Shown: in pieces, positions 1 to 11,880 of the stretch | How positions within the stretch are numbered: position 1 is the stretch's first letter | Layout of the letters: each line of letters opens with the position of its first letter | Source of the DNA: Camelus dromedarius | Lineage: Eukaryota | Assembly: GCF_036321535.1 (NCBI RefSeq) | Contig: NC_087447.1 | Span: 57,908,001 to 57,972,000 of the forward strand | Direction: 5' to 3' | Length of the DNA stretch: 64,000 nt | Notes under the pieces: generated by a model | What the model saw: only the letters and a program-made list of their open reading frames with translations | What the model was told of the DNA's origin: nothing | The model's database searches: none | Made by a program: the position numbers and the translations under genes

Positions 1-989
1 TCTTATTTCTTACTAGTGAAACTTTAGTCAGCTCTACAGAATTTTGATTCCAATTTTATTTCATCAGGTAACATCTCAAACAATACCTATTTCATTAAGG
101 GTTCTGAGATGAAATTCACGGGTATAATTCACACAATACAGGGTACGAAGACATTAAACAATCCCCCTGCCCCAACCCCCGACCCCAAGCAACTGGCAAG
201 CAGTGGGGATGGGTTGGAGGCAGGGGTTATATGACGATGGTGCCCAGGAAGCAGTTTTGGAGTTTGGACTTGAAGCTGAAAGTGACTCTTTCTAATCAGA
301 AGGAATTTAAACCTTCTCTTCCATCACACGAACCCAGTGCTATTTGCAGGGTAGATACAATGACCAAAGAGAAACAGAGCTCCACGCAAGAGAGGGCAAC
401 CAGTTCCAGCATCTCTTCAGCCTTTCTGGCATCTCAAGGAGCTCATTAGAGGGCAGAACAGCCTTCCATAGACACTCACCAATGGAGACTTGAAGGCTTG
501 CCCTTGAGTAAGTGCTGAATAATGATTAAGCTTACTGAGGAGGAGCAAGAATAAACACCCATACACTCTGTCTACCTACCTATCCACCTATCTAAAGATA
601 GAGTGTATATTTGAATATAACAGTTTATATACATGAAGATAGGCAATGTATGTATATATTTAGTTCTCAATCATTTGCAACCAATTTGTAAAATCCTGAG
701 AACGCCTCACCTTATTATATAGAATAAAATGGGCTGGGTTGTTGCTAAATGACTATAAAACCCGGAATCTCATGCTCAGGTAGGGGGTAAAATCAGGTAC
801 CCCTCCCCCATAAAAGAATGTCCTACCAAGGCTTATTTTGGTTCAGATGTAGTTTTTTGTTGTTGTTGCTGTTCTTGTTTTGTATTTTTGTCTGAGGGTG
901 GGGGGGGGGGGTTAGCAGGATTATATGTGAAGTTACTGCTGTTGTCTCTGTGAGACCCACCAAGTTAGAACACTTACAGAAGCCGTCTC

Positions 990-1082
990 ACTAAATCCTC
1001 AGTCCAGTGATAATAAAAGTATCGTTAGCATTCCTATTTTACAGAGGAGGAACTGGATTCAGAGAAGCAGAGTAACTTCAAC
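990..1082 (-). mobile_element. MIR SINE fragment
   Basis: cctattttacagaggaggaactgg...cagagaagcagagtaactt resembles the reverse-complemented MIR core. Confidence 0.7.
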
Positions 1083-1491
1083 CCTTCTTCTTAAATACTA
1101 ATTTATACACAGATATGTGTATATGTGTGTATTTCATTTAGATATCAGTTATCTCCTATGAACTGATAACAGAATTTCAAGTTTTCATTTCAAAAACTAC
1201 AAACACATGGGTCAGGTAATACTCATACAGTCTCATTATTCAATTTTTTTTTCCTAGCAGAGATAAATCTTAAATAAACGGTCAAGCCATAATGGAAAGT
1301 TGAAAATATTTAGGTAAATTAATCTTTTTTCATAGCTTTGATTACAGAAGATGAGTACTTATTTTATAAACTTTTAATCAACAAAAGTTGATCAATAAAT
1401 ACCTCCTAAGGACATCTGTGTGAGAGAGACTTATCAGGCATGTTACACCTGAGAGGGGATGAGAGTGTGGAAAACCCAGAAGTATGGGAGA

Positions 1492-1620
1492 AAGAACACT
1501 GTCATGGGAATTAGGCCAGGTCAGTCTCTCTCCTGGCTCAGTCACTCTGAGCTGTGTGATGCTGGGCAAGTCACTTAACCTTCTGGGTCTTTGCTCTCCT
1601 CATTTGCAAAATAAGGGCAC
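1492..1620 (+). mobile_element. MIR SINE
   Basis: gctgtgtgatgctgggcaagtcacttaaccttctg...ctcatttgcaaaataaggg is the MIR core. Confidence 0.8.
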
Positions 1621-1939
1621 TGAAAAAGATGATCTTTCTTTTCCAAAGAGGGATCTTACAGATGCAGCAAGAAACTGCTCTTATTCATATTGGTGAAAGA
1701 GCCATATTCAGACCACAGCAGAATTTGGCTACGATGGACCATAGCCCTGTAATTCATGAGTACATTTTTTATTTCATTTCAAAGCCCAGAATAACAACAT
1801 CCCAATCTTGATCATTCTGTTGTGCTCAGGCGCCACTAAAAAATAAGACACTTTACAACCAAATTAAGTAGCCCTTATTCTTGAAAGTAAAAAGCAAACA
1901 AGGCAAAATTTGTTATTATTAACTAATAGTACCTATGAG

Positions 1940-2110
1940 AACATCAAAGGCTTACATAGCACTTACCGTTATTGTTCTAAACACTTTACATCATTCATTC
2001 ATTAATTTCTCACAACAATGTGCCAAGGTAAGCCTTTTACAGATAGACAGGCTTAGAGAGGCTAAATAACTAGTAAGCGGCTGTGCAGGACTCTGCTCAG
2101 GCAGCTCAGG
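1940..2110 (-). mobile_element. MIR SINE
   Basis: tttctcacaacaatgtgccaaggtaagccttttacagatag...ggcttagagaggctaaataac. Confidence 0.65.
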
Positions 2111-4299
2111 GCCAGCATCCACACTCCTGACCTCCAATCAACCTTGCCTCTCTTGGGAGACGGTGTCACAAAGCACAAAGTCATTCTCTAGATGCCTGGA
2201 TTGTAGCCTTTTACGTCTTTGGCTCTTTCTGCCTCTTTCTCACTGACCCTTGTGGACTCTCTGGCTTGGCTCATTTTCTACTCTCTGGCAGATTCTGCCC
2301 ACAGGCTTCCTCCGACTGAACTTCCCCAAGCAGCCTAAGGGGAGGAGGCCCCAGGGGACCTCCAGCAGCACAGGGGATGCTATTCAGCCACAACAGCCAG
2401 GGTCCACCACGTGTCCCAGGACAAACGTCTTCATCTGACCTGACACAGTGTCTTAAAATAAACCTTCAAAAAGTAACTGAAAATTCATCTTTCTTAAACC
2501 TGGGGAGAACTCTCACCTTCACCAAGAGACCCAGTCAGAGGAGAAAAGAAACGTTTCCACAGGAAAAGCATCTGATGAACTCAGAGAAGTTAAGGCTAAA
2601 CTTTGTAAAAGTTGATGGTGGAGGTGGTGTAACACAACGGTCTGAAAACAGGACTTGGGCTTAAGGGCTGCTTAACCACCACGTGCCTCGAAGTCCTTCT
2701 GCCATATTTTTCCATTAGGAAGGCCAAAGCCACCAAAAAAAAAAAAAAAAGAGTGTGGTGAATTTCATGAATACGTTGCAAAAAGGAATTAAGTAAATTA
2801 ACAGAGATGTGAAGAAAAAAACCTTACCTAAACACGATATTCTCTGCCTTATTGATCTTTGTTTTCATCTTAGGTACTAGAGGGGGAAAAAACATGGAAG
2901 AAAAGACCAAGGAGATCAAGGAGAACTAGTCAGCCTGCGACGCCTTTTCACTTCAAATTCTGGGTCCGTAATTATATTATTCCCCCAAATAATAGCTTTC
3001 AAGTCACTACTATAGGCTGAAACAGAAGGGAAATAAATGATATCATCATGGGGCTTAAATTTATTACATGTTCATTTTATTACACTAATGCACATCAGAA
3101 GCATAGGAAATTACCAGCCTTCCATATTCATCAAAAAAAAAAAAAAAAAAAAAAGACTTACACAAAAAAAAACCCATCATCTTAAATTTTGGTTTTCAAT
3201 TTCTTCCCACAATTCCACAGAGCTGGTAAGGGGAAAATGCTTTCATCATCTGGATTTATAAGCTAGTTTCTATCAGCCCTGGGAATCCCTGGCTACACCA
3301 CAGCCTTCTGCCTGCTATAACACATCAGTATTTGCATGTATTTAATGCAGTACCTTCTTCTTTGGGTATTACTTCTTATTTGAACCAATCAGAAGAGGTT
3401 TCAAGGTAAGGAGGGAAGAAGTGGGAAGTGAAGAATGGGCAATTTGAGTCAAGAGAAATCCCACACCCACTCCACACTGAAACCACAACTATGTATGGTC
3501 CTTGCTAAAGGGAAAAGCACCTGAGGGCTCCCTGAAAGCTAGAAGGCCGGACACCAATGAGGTCTACTCTGTGGGATTCAGTCTCATCTGAGGATGGAGG
3601 CTTTTGTCATTCTAAACAAAACTCAAATGAAATGGTACTTACTAAATAACAGAATGGATAGAACAGACATTCAGTATGGGCTCAAATTAACAACACAGCT
3701 TGCTTGAGGGCAGCTAGAAATAAACCCCCTTCAAGGATGAAAAACAGAAGGAAAAGTGGGATTTCAACTTTGCCCTTAACTAGGCATTATCTGGGAAATG
3801 TCTCATATTTTCCTAGGAGTCAAAATCCTTGCCTACCAGCTTTATAAAAAAAAAAAGAAGAAGAAGATTTTTAAATAATTTCTGCTATTCTTCTGTTTCC
3901 AAAATAGTTCCAAAGACTGATCTGTAAGATTTTCAATGAGATTTTTCATCATCATGAAAAGTTACAGAAAGTCTGAATTGGTCCAGGAAAACTAGAGAGT
4001 AAAATCCTGAAAGATTAACTCTTGAGGTCTGTCAGAGTCCACAGGAGCTTAAAAGAGGCCCACACCCTGGACTTCTAGCTTGACTGTCTCTGAAGAAGCC
4101 ATAGGCCACTGAAGTCCAAGAGTCAACAAATGTAATTTTTATTCATCTATTACTTAGTAGAATGTAAGGAGTATAACACCTAGCTCAAAAAGTACTTGTT
4201 GAATGGGTGCTAAATGAAAACATTAAATAACCCCAAGGAAGGAGCAAGTGACTCCTACTTCATGCTCTGCCCATGGTTGGACCCAACTATGCTACATAA

Positions 4300-4952
4300 A
4301 CATTGTGGAAAAAAACTTGTTCATAGCAGCTTTATTTGTGATAGCCAGAAATTAGAAGTTATCCTGATGCCCATCAACAGGAGATTAGTTAACCTACAGT
4401 ATATCCATACCACGGGATACTAGTAAGCAATAAAAAGGAACACACTATAGATAACACACAACAATCTGGATGAATCTCAAGGCAATTATGCTGAATATAA
4501 TAAAGCCAATCCCAAAAGTTATTCACTCTGTGGTTCCATCTATATGACATTCTTGAAATGGCAACATTACAGAAACGGAGAACTGAACAGTGGTTACCAG
4601 AGGTTACGGATGGAGACAAGGGAGGCAAGGGGGAGATGGTTATAAAAGAAAAATGGGAGGGATCTTTGTGGGGATGGAACTGATCAGTAAGTATCCTGAT
4701 GACAGTGTGGATACATGTGATAAAACTGTATAGAACTTAAGACACCCTGGTGCCCACAAGAGCACACACAAGAAAGTACATGTAAAACTGGGGAAATCTG
4801 AATCATATTGATATCAATATCCTGCTTGTGATTATTGTACTACGGTTGTACAAGATGTTACCACTGAGGGAAACTGGGCAAAATGGTACACAAATCTCTC
4901 TATATTATTTCTTATAGCTACATGAGAATCTACAATTATCTTAAAATAAAAA
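4300..4952 (+). mobile_element. Old L1 3' end (L1MC-like)
   Basis: ttcatagcagctttatttgtgatagcc ... ggatgaatctcaag ... tctacaattatcttaaaataaaaa is a typical L1M 3' UTR and tail. Confidence 0.85.
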
Positions 4953-5029
4953 ACCTTTAAAAAATCTTGAAGCAACTTCTCTACCACCATCAGCACCACC
5001 ATTTGAGACTGTGTGCGTATGTGTTTAAC

Positions 5030-5295
5030 ACATGAAACCTTTCCTAACCACCTACGTAGATCTCTCCCACCTCTAAACTCCCAATACACCAGCTGTTTTT
5101 ATCATCTAATCTAACTCCTATTCTTACATTAAGAACAGATATTTCAGGACACTTACCCCCCTACAGGATAAAAGCTCCTGAGACAGGGCACATGTCTTCT
5201 ACCTTTTTGATACCCACTCAGTGCCCAGCACAATGCTGAACCTAGAGTAGAGACTCAATAAAAGCATTTTTAATAAATGAATAAGTGAATGAAGA
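5030..5295 (+). mobile_element. L2 LINE 3' end
   Basis: aagctcctgagacagggc...cagtgcccagcacaatgc...ctcaataaa...aatgaataagtgaatgaa is the L2 terminus. Confidence 0.75.
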
Positions 5296-5462
5296 AATGT
5301 ACACATTTTCTACTCCTCATAGTAGAGATGGGTAAACCTGTAATTCACAATCCTCTTGCTTCAAATTTTTTCAGCTTTGAAAGAGTTTAGAGGTGGGAGA
5401 GATCTATGTAGGTGGTTAGGAAAAGGTTTCACGTGTTAAACACGTGCACACATGTGCGCACA

Positions 5463-5472
<10 letters not shown>

Positions 5473-5498
<26 letters not shown>
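5473..5498. repeat. (CA)n microsatellite within a 58-bp alternating purine/pyrimidine tract (5441-5498)
   Basis: Read directly from the sequence. Confidence 0.95.
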
Positions 5499-5569
5499 GT
5501 CTCAGATGGTGATGTACCCCCCAGCTTTACAGGCCTAACGTGAGGTTAAAGATCACCTCCCAATGAGCC

Positions 5570-5755
5570 TGCAGTAGTATCTACACTGATTATTTGCTGT
5601 GTGATCTTGCACCAGTTAATTTCCCTGAACTTCAGTTTTCCCATTTGTAAAATGAGGGACACTACTTATTTTTGCAAGCTTAGTATGTGAATGAGACGTG
5701 GTATTATAAACAGCCTAGCTCAATACCAACCTAAGTAGATGCTCAATAAATGTTT
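5570..5755 (+). mobile_element. MIR SINE
   Basis: gctgtgtgatcttg...cttcagttttcccatttgtaaaatgaggg...gatgctcaataaatgtt. Confidence 0.75.
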
Positions 5756-7137
5756 TTAATCCTTCCATAGATACTTCCAGGCACTAATGCTCACTTCATA
5801 GTTCAAAATGGTGGCCAATTCTTAGTAAGTTTATGTTTTTTCAATAAATAAGCAATGTTTTATTCACATGGCACCTTTCTCAAAGATCAAACTTTATTTC
5901 CAATTACAATGGCAAAAGTAATGCAGACAAAGCAAACAGAGATAGAGGATGAATAAATGGGAAGAGACCTGTTCAAGCAGAAGATGATAAGGGAATTTAT
6001 GGGTAGCTGTTAGGATAGTTACCGCAAGTCCCCCTCCCTGCAAATCACCGGCTTATCTTGGGCGTGTTCTCTTCCCCTTGGTTTCAGGCCATGGTCCTGT
6101 CCAAACGCAGCATAGAAACTATGGCAAGACACCCAAAAGGTCTAATGATCTCTAAGAACAGTGGGTTGAAGAGAAGGAGAAAGGGCTTCTGTTTATCTTC
6201 TCTGCCAAGGAAGTATTTGTTTTCAGGGTAAGTCTACTGCTTCCTTCTCAGGGCTGGGAGTGCCTTAGTCCATTCTTACCCAGAGGGTGATAACTTTTCC
6301 CCTAAGAATGCAGCTGTCAGAAAATATATTTGCTCTGGATGTGTCACTGGGTCACGAAGAGTTCTATGAGAAATACTTCACACATGGGTGTCTCCAAGCC
6401 CAGGCAGTGGAGATATTTGCTAATCCATAAGGCAGAGATGGACAAACAGCAGATATGGTTTCAGGGTCCGGGTTTTACAAGAATGTACATGGCCTCGGCT
6501 AGAGACTCAGGAGGAATCATGCATGACTGTGACAAAGAGGCTCCCTCCCTTAAAGGAGCTGGTGGTGTAATTCTGCATACTTATACATTTGCTTTACTTC
6601 TATCATAATGAGCTTGCATGGCACAACAGCATGTTATGTCAAAGAAAAAGTCTTAAAAATAGAACATCATTCCAAGCATATTCCCTATAACTAGCAGAAG
6701 CATTTAAAACAGCATATTAAGAAATGTCCATGTTAGACGACAAACACGTGGTATATCCCATAGATTTCAGTAAAAAACGAATATGCTGTCTAAAAGGACT
6801 GTAAATCTTTAAAGCTTTATAAGGTCTATTCTTTCCCGTATTAGCACACTGAATAGCATATACTCATTAAGTAATTACTACATGCCAGACACTATAATAA
6901 GCCTTTCAAAGAATCATTTCATTTAAGCTTTAAAACAAGAGTTACACACATAATATTTTTTCTATTTTACCGATGAGTAAACTTCAGCTTAGAAAGACCA
7001 AGGATTATCTGATTCAGAACCAGTATTTTTAGTCTTCACACTGAGTACACTATTTTGTGCTTGTTTGTTTCACAGAGAAGGCCAAAGTTACTATTGCTAT
7101 TGAGATAAGAAAATATACAGTATTGATCCCTCAAACA

Positions 7138-7220
7138 TATTAGGTTGAATCACACAAAACTGCCAATATGCAAATGTTCTGACCCAAAGAAATGGCAATC
7201 TCACTTGGTTCAACCTAATA
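7138..7220. mobile_element. MADE2-type mariner MITE
   Basis: 83 bp bounded by inverted termini TATTAGGTTGAA...TTCAACCTAATA with TA ends and internal tgcc...ggca symmetry. Resembles the MADE2 consensus as I recall it. Confidence 0.8.
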
Positions 7221-7959
7221 TAATACCAAGACAGAATGACATGTTCCTGGCCCCCGCGCAGCCCTAGCTAGCTGTAAGACTTTGGGCAAATCACTAATCT
7301 TCACCTGCTTCATCCCATAAAATAAAAAGGTTGAGCTGAATTTGTTTTTATGTTCCCTTCCAGCTCTATGCTTCCAAGGGAAGAGAGAGAAGTACCATAA
7401 TTCATTTGCTCAACAATTATTTATTGACTACTACATGGCAAACACTGCACTTTCTCTTTCCTTCTAAATTCATCTGCTTTTCAAGGACAGCCTCCCAGCA
7501 ACTTCCTCTGATCCCTGGGCTCCCACATGTTAGAGATAAAAACCCACCTTGAGGATTCTTGCTTGCTTGCTATTTAGGGAAGCTGGCATGTGCCCCAGGA
7601 TGCTGGCAGCTCCTGCCCCATCACAATTCCACAGCAGAAGAGAAAAATCAAAGGACCTAGAAACTACCTCAGGGTGAAGAGAGAAAGTATGATGTGGAAG
7701 AAGAAATGGTTACATGTGTATAAATGTGTTCCAAAACAAAGAACTCTCAGTAAGTGTTCTGGTTCACAGTGATTTCCAGAAAAATATTCTCCTTTCTGGA
7801 CTTCACCTGCACCTTGCCCCAGAAAGATAGTCATCCAGCCTCTTAAATTAAAAAAAAAAAAAATCCAGAAGGAAGAGACCTCAGTTTTGCTGGGGAGAGC
7901 ACTTGAGCATCAGAGCCTTTGCAGTGATTAAGGATTGGGAGCAAAGGATTACAGGAAAA

Positions 7960-8105
7960 ACCAAATGGAAAGCCTCAAAACACTGATTCAACACTGTGCT
8001 ACTCACTAGCTTTGTGAGCGTGGATTCATCATTCAACCCACCTCTGCCTCAGTTTCCTCATCTGTAGAATAAAGACTTAGATAGATGACCTCCAGGCACT
8101 TTTCC
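7960..8105 (+). mobile_element. MIR SINE
   Basis: ctctgcctcagtttcctcatctgtagaata is the MIR core. Confidence 0.75.
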
Positions 8106-10290
8106 TCTTCTAAAGGTTGATCAGCCCTTTATCATCTAAGTTTTTACCATTTAATCTGCCATCTGTTCCTTTTTGCACTGTGCTCTGTGGACTTGGCAAA
8201 CAGCTGCTTTCCAACACGCCTACAACAGCTCTTCAAATACATACTTGAAGACTCTTACGAGTGCCCACTTCAATCCCTTTCCTCCGGTTTAAATTGAAGT
8301 CCTATATGAAGTTGTGTGGTTAGCAAGATGTTGGGAGTAACTCATGTGGGGTCACACATCTAAACTTTGAGTTCAATACATGCAGCAAATAGCTGTTTGC
8401 TTTCTCAATTTCTTGAAACTGAGAAAGACCCATAGCTCCCAACCTCATTCCCTGGGAATCCTACCAGCTGTTATAGGAACACAAAAGCTGCAGGAGAAGA
8501 GGATTAATAACCCTGACACGCTGACAGTCTAGCTGAGATCAAACCTACACACCATATGTAACTGGTGAATTCTATAGGAAAGATTATTATTATGTGCTAG
8601 ATTTGGATTTGTACCCAGTACAAGTCAAAGGAAGCCAGAGGGACAAGGTCAGATAGGGGGTGTAGTCTGCTCCAACAAAAGCCTGTTGCTCTGTATATTA
8701 GACTCTGAATCACTGAAAAAGACACAACTCATCAGGGAAAATAAGACACCAACCCAGCCTCTGGCCTCTTCAACTAGGGGCGACCCTGGGCTCTACCAAC
8801 AGAGCTCCCTTAAACCTTTCTGGGAGAGTTCAGAAAGAACTATTGGAAAGGGCAGTGGAGGCCACTGACAGCCACGTGTCCTTTGCCTTTCTGTGTTCTA
8901 TTCCAAGTCAGGGCTGCTCATTTCTCTCTTAACCTGTAGCTAAACTTTCTAGTCCATTTAATGCAAACTATCTATGAATGGGGCTCCTATGAAATGTGTC
9001 ACTTTAAGAACCTTGAAGTCTCTAGAAGGATTTTTTCCCCCTCTTCCAACAAGTACCTTTTGCAAACAATAAACTAAAGCATCAAAATGATTTCACAAGA
9101 GAAGTAATCATAAAAGCAAATTGTTTGTTAATAAACTGCACCCTGTCACCTGCCCAGATTCTTGATTTCAGAGCTTTTATTACATTTTCTTTTTCATTAC
9201 AAAATACAAATACTTATAAGGAAGAAAGTAATCTGAGAATTGTTATTAATCGAATTCTGTTTTAGAGATGAGCAGTTTTCTCTTTCTCTTTAGGGATTTT
9301 GAATTAGAAATCTTCTCCAAGAGATAGACATGGAGAAAAGCTTCAGCCACCTCAAATTTTGAAAACATTCATGAAATGTAAGCTGATATATCTCATAACT
9401 GATGTTTTATAAACCTGTCCTTAAAAATCAAGGGCACGCTCTCAACATTCTCTGTCATGGAAATTGTTCCAACAGGCAAATAAATAGGCATTTCCATGGT
9501 TAAGGCCTCACAGCTGTCACATTATTTAGTAATGCACAAATGAAAAATCCTATTACCAAAAAAAGGCTGGAGAATCTGTGGCTGGAATCTGGCAAGCAAT
9601 CGCAGCATTTCCACATTGTTTTAGTCAGTACGCTCCCTCAATGCAAATATGAACCCTGCAAAATATTTAATTAAAAATAACTATGTGGTCTGAAAAACAA
9701 GTCCAGCACAACTGGAAACATGTCAAAAACGAGAAGTTAATGCTTTGCCATCTTTAATTAATGATGCTGTGAAACTCATTAGAGAAAAGAGCTCACAGTT
9801 CGTCAATCCCCATGCTCCACTGACTCAAAAGTGCAGACTGAACTCTAAAGGACAACAGAAAAGCAATAAAACCTCTCACTTCCTCAAGGTCACAGAATAG
9901 ACTTCTATATCACAAAACTCACAAAAATCCAAATTCCCAACTGGGCATCATGCATCTCCATAAACTTGTCCCCCAGTGAGGGAGCTTGAATTTATAAAGT
10001 CTTTAATGCATAGTTGAGTTTGGTTTCTACTATTTACCTGATATTTGAGAGAAGAAAAAATAACATTATGTTGGGGGGAAGTACAAGAAGACTCAAACAT
10101 GAATTTCCATTTCTTTCTAACAAAAATTTAAAAGAATTTTTTAAGGTTTACATAGACATAAAAGAAAAGTGGAATTTCCAGAAATTGCTCCAGGAATTCA
10201 TGGAAAGTGGAGCCTTTTACCTGTAATTTTCTTTTAATAAACAAAGAAATACCAAGAACTAGGTGGCCTTTAAAAATGCCCAGGTTCCCT

Positions 10291-11624
10291 CAAATGATTT
10301 TCGACAAGAGTGCCAATACCATTTAATAGAAAAAGCACAGTCTTGTCAACAAATAATGCTGGAAAAACTGGATATCCACACACAAAATAATGAAGCTGGA
10401 CCCTTCTTAACACCATATACAAAAATTAACTAAAAACAGATCAGAGATCTAAACGCAAAACCTAGAACACAAAACTCTTAGAAGAAAACAAAGGACACAA
10501 GCTTCATGACATTGGATTTGGCAATGATTTCTTGACTATGACACCAAAGGTGCAAGTAACCAAAGAAAAAAAAAAACGGACAAGTTGAAATTCATGAAAA
10601 TTTAAAAATTTTGTGCATTAAAACATCATCAACAGAGTAAAAAAGCACCCCATAGAATGAAAAAGAATTTTTGAAAATCATATATCTGATAAAGGATTAA
10701 TATCCAAAATATATACACAGAGAACTCCNNNNNNNNNNNNNNNNNNNNNNNNNNNNNNNNNNNNNNNNNNNNNNNNNNNNNNNNNNNNNNNNNNNNNNNN
10801 NNNNNNNNNNNNNNNNNNNNNNNNNNNNNNNNNNNNNNNNNNNNNNNNNNNNNNNNNNNNNNNNNNNNNNNNNNNNNNNNNNNNNNNNNNNNNNCCTCAC
10901 ATCTATTAGGATGACTACTTTCAAAGAAACAGAAAATAAACATGTGGGCAAGGATGTAGAGAAACTGGAACCCTTGTGCACAGTTGGTTGTAGCGCAAAA
11001 CAGNNNNNNNNNNNNNNNNNNNNNNNNNNNNNNNNNNNNNNNNNNNNNNNNNNNNNNNNNNNNNNNNNNNNNNNNNNNNNNNNNNNNNNNNNNNNNNNNN
11101 NNNNNNNNNNNNNNNNNNNNNNNNNNNNNNNNNNNNNNNNNNNNNNNNNNNNNNNNNNNNNNNNNNNAGCTAAAAAGTGGAAGCAAGCCAAGTGTCATTG
11201 ATGGATGAATGGATAAGCAAAATGTGGTATATACAGATAGTGGAGTATTACTAAGCCTTAAAAAGGAAAGAAATTTTGACATATGCTACAACAAGGGAGA
11301 TTCTTAAGGACATTATGCTAAATGAAATAAGCCAGTCACAAAAAGAGAATTACTTCTGTATGATTTTACCTACATGACGTACTTAAATCATATCACAGAG
11401 ACAAGAAGTAGAATGGTAGTTGCCGGGAGCTAAGAATAGGGTGAAATGGGAAATTACTGTTTAATGGGTATAGAATTTCAGTTCTATAAGGTGAAAAGAG
11501 TTATGGAGATGGATGGTGGTGATGGTTGCACAACACTGTGAACGTGTTTGACACCACTGTACACTTAGAAAAAGTTAAGGTGATAAATTTTATGTCTATT
11601 TTACCACAATTTTAAAAATTGGGG
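10291..11624 (+). mobile_element. 5'-truncated L1 (ORF2 C-terminus plus 3' UTR, L1MA/MB-like) with two internal N-runs
   Basis: Contains L1 hallmarks such as ggaaaaactggatatccaca and cttcatgacattggatttggcaatgatttctt. Degenerate TSD aaaaatgcccaggttccct (10272-10290) vs aaaaatgcttaggttcctt (11625-11643). Confidence 0.9.
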
Positions 11625-11664
11625 AAAAATGCTTAGGTTCCTTTTCCTTTATAATATCACTCAA

Positions 11665-11880
11665 GAAGAGGTTAAGTGGCTGCTCTTTGGTATCCACATC
11701 TACATTTCAGAATTACCACTTACTATGTGACCTTGGGCAGGTTACCTAGCCTTTCTGCATTTCAGCTTCCTCATCAGTCAAATATCCTCTTAAAGGTATG
11801 ATGTGAGGATCAGATGATTTTGTATGTGTAAAGCATTTAGTCTCACACAGTAAACACGCCCTAAGTACTAGCTGTTATTA
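11665..11880 (+). mobile_element. MIR SINE
   Basis: ccacttactatgtgaccttgggcaggttacc...cagcttcctcatc...gtgaggatcagatg. Confidence 0.8.

Larger units (their letters stand above)
4997..5511. repeat. Inverted repeat: arms 4997-5080 and 5383-5511
   Basis: The 60-bp core 5021-5080 is the reverse complement of 5383-5443 with 2 substitutions and 1 indel. The outer 17-mers (4997-5013 vs 5495-5511) pair with 1 mismatch. Confidence 0.9.

Noticed and set aside
522-554. Mini-ORF ATGATTAAGCTTACTGAGGAGGAGCAAGAATAA (MIKLTEEEQE*) resembling the SYTL2 N-terminus MIDLSFLTEEEQE
   Set aside because: It is on the strand opposite to the inferred SYTL2, stops immediately, lacks three residues and has no splice context. 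Most likely coincidence.
10629-11282. Long ORFs spanning N-runs (also 47277-47841 and 57760-58745)
   Set aside because: Their length is created by X codons. The real residues are decayed L1 ORF2 or its antisense frames.
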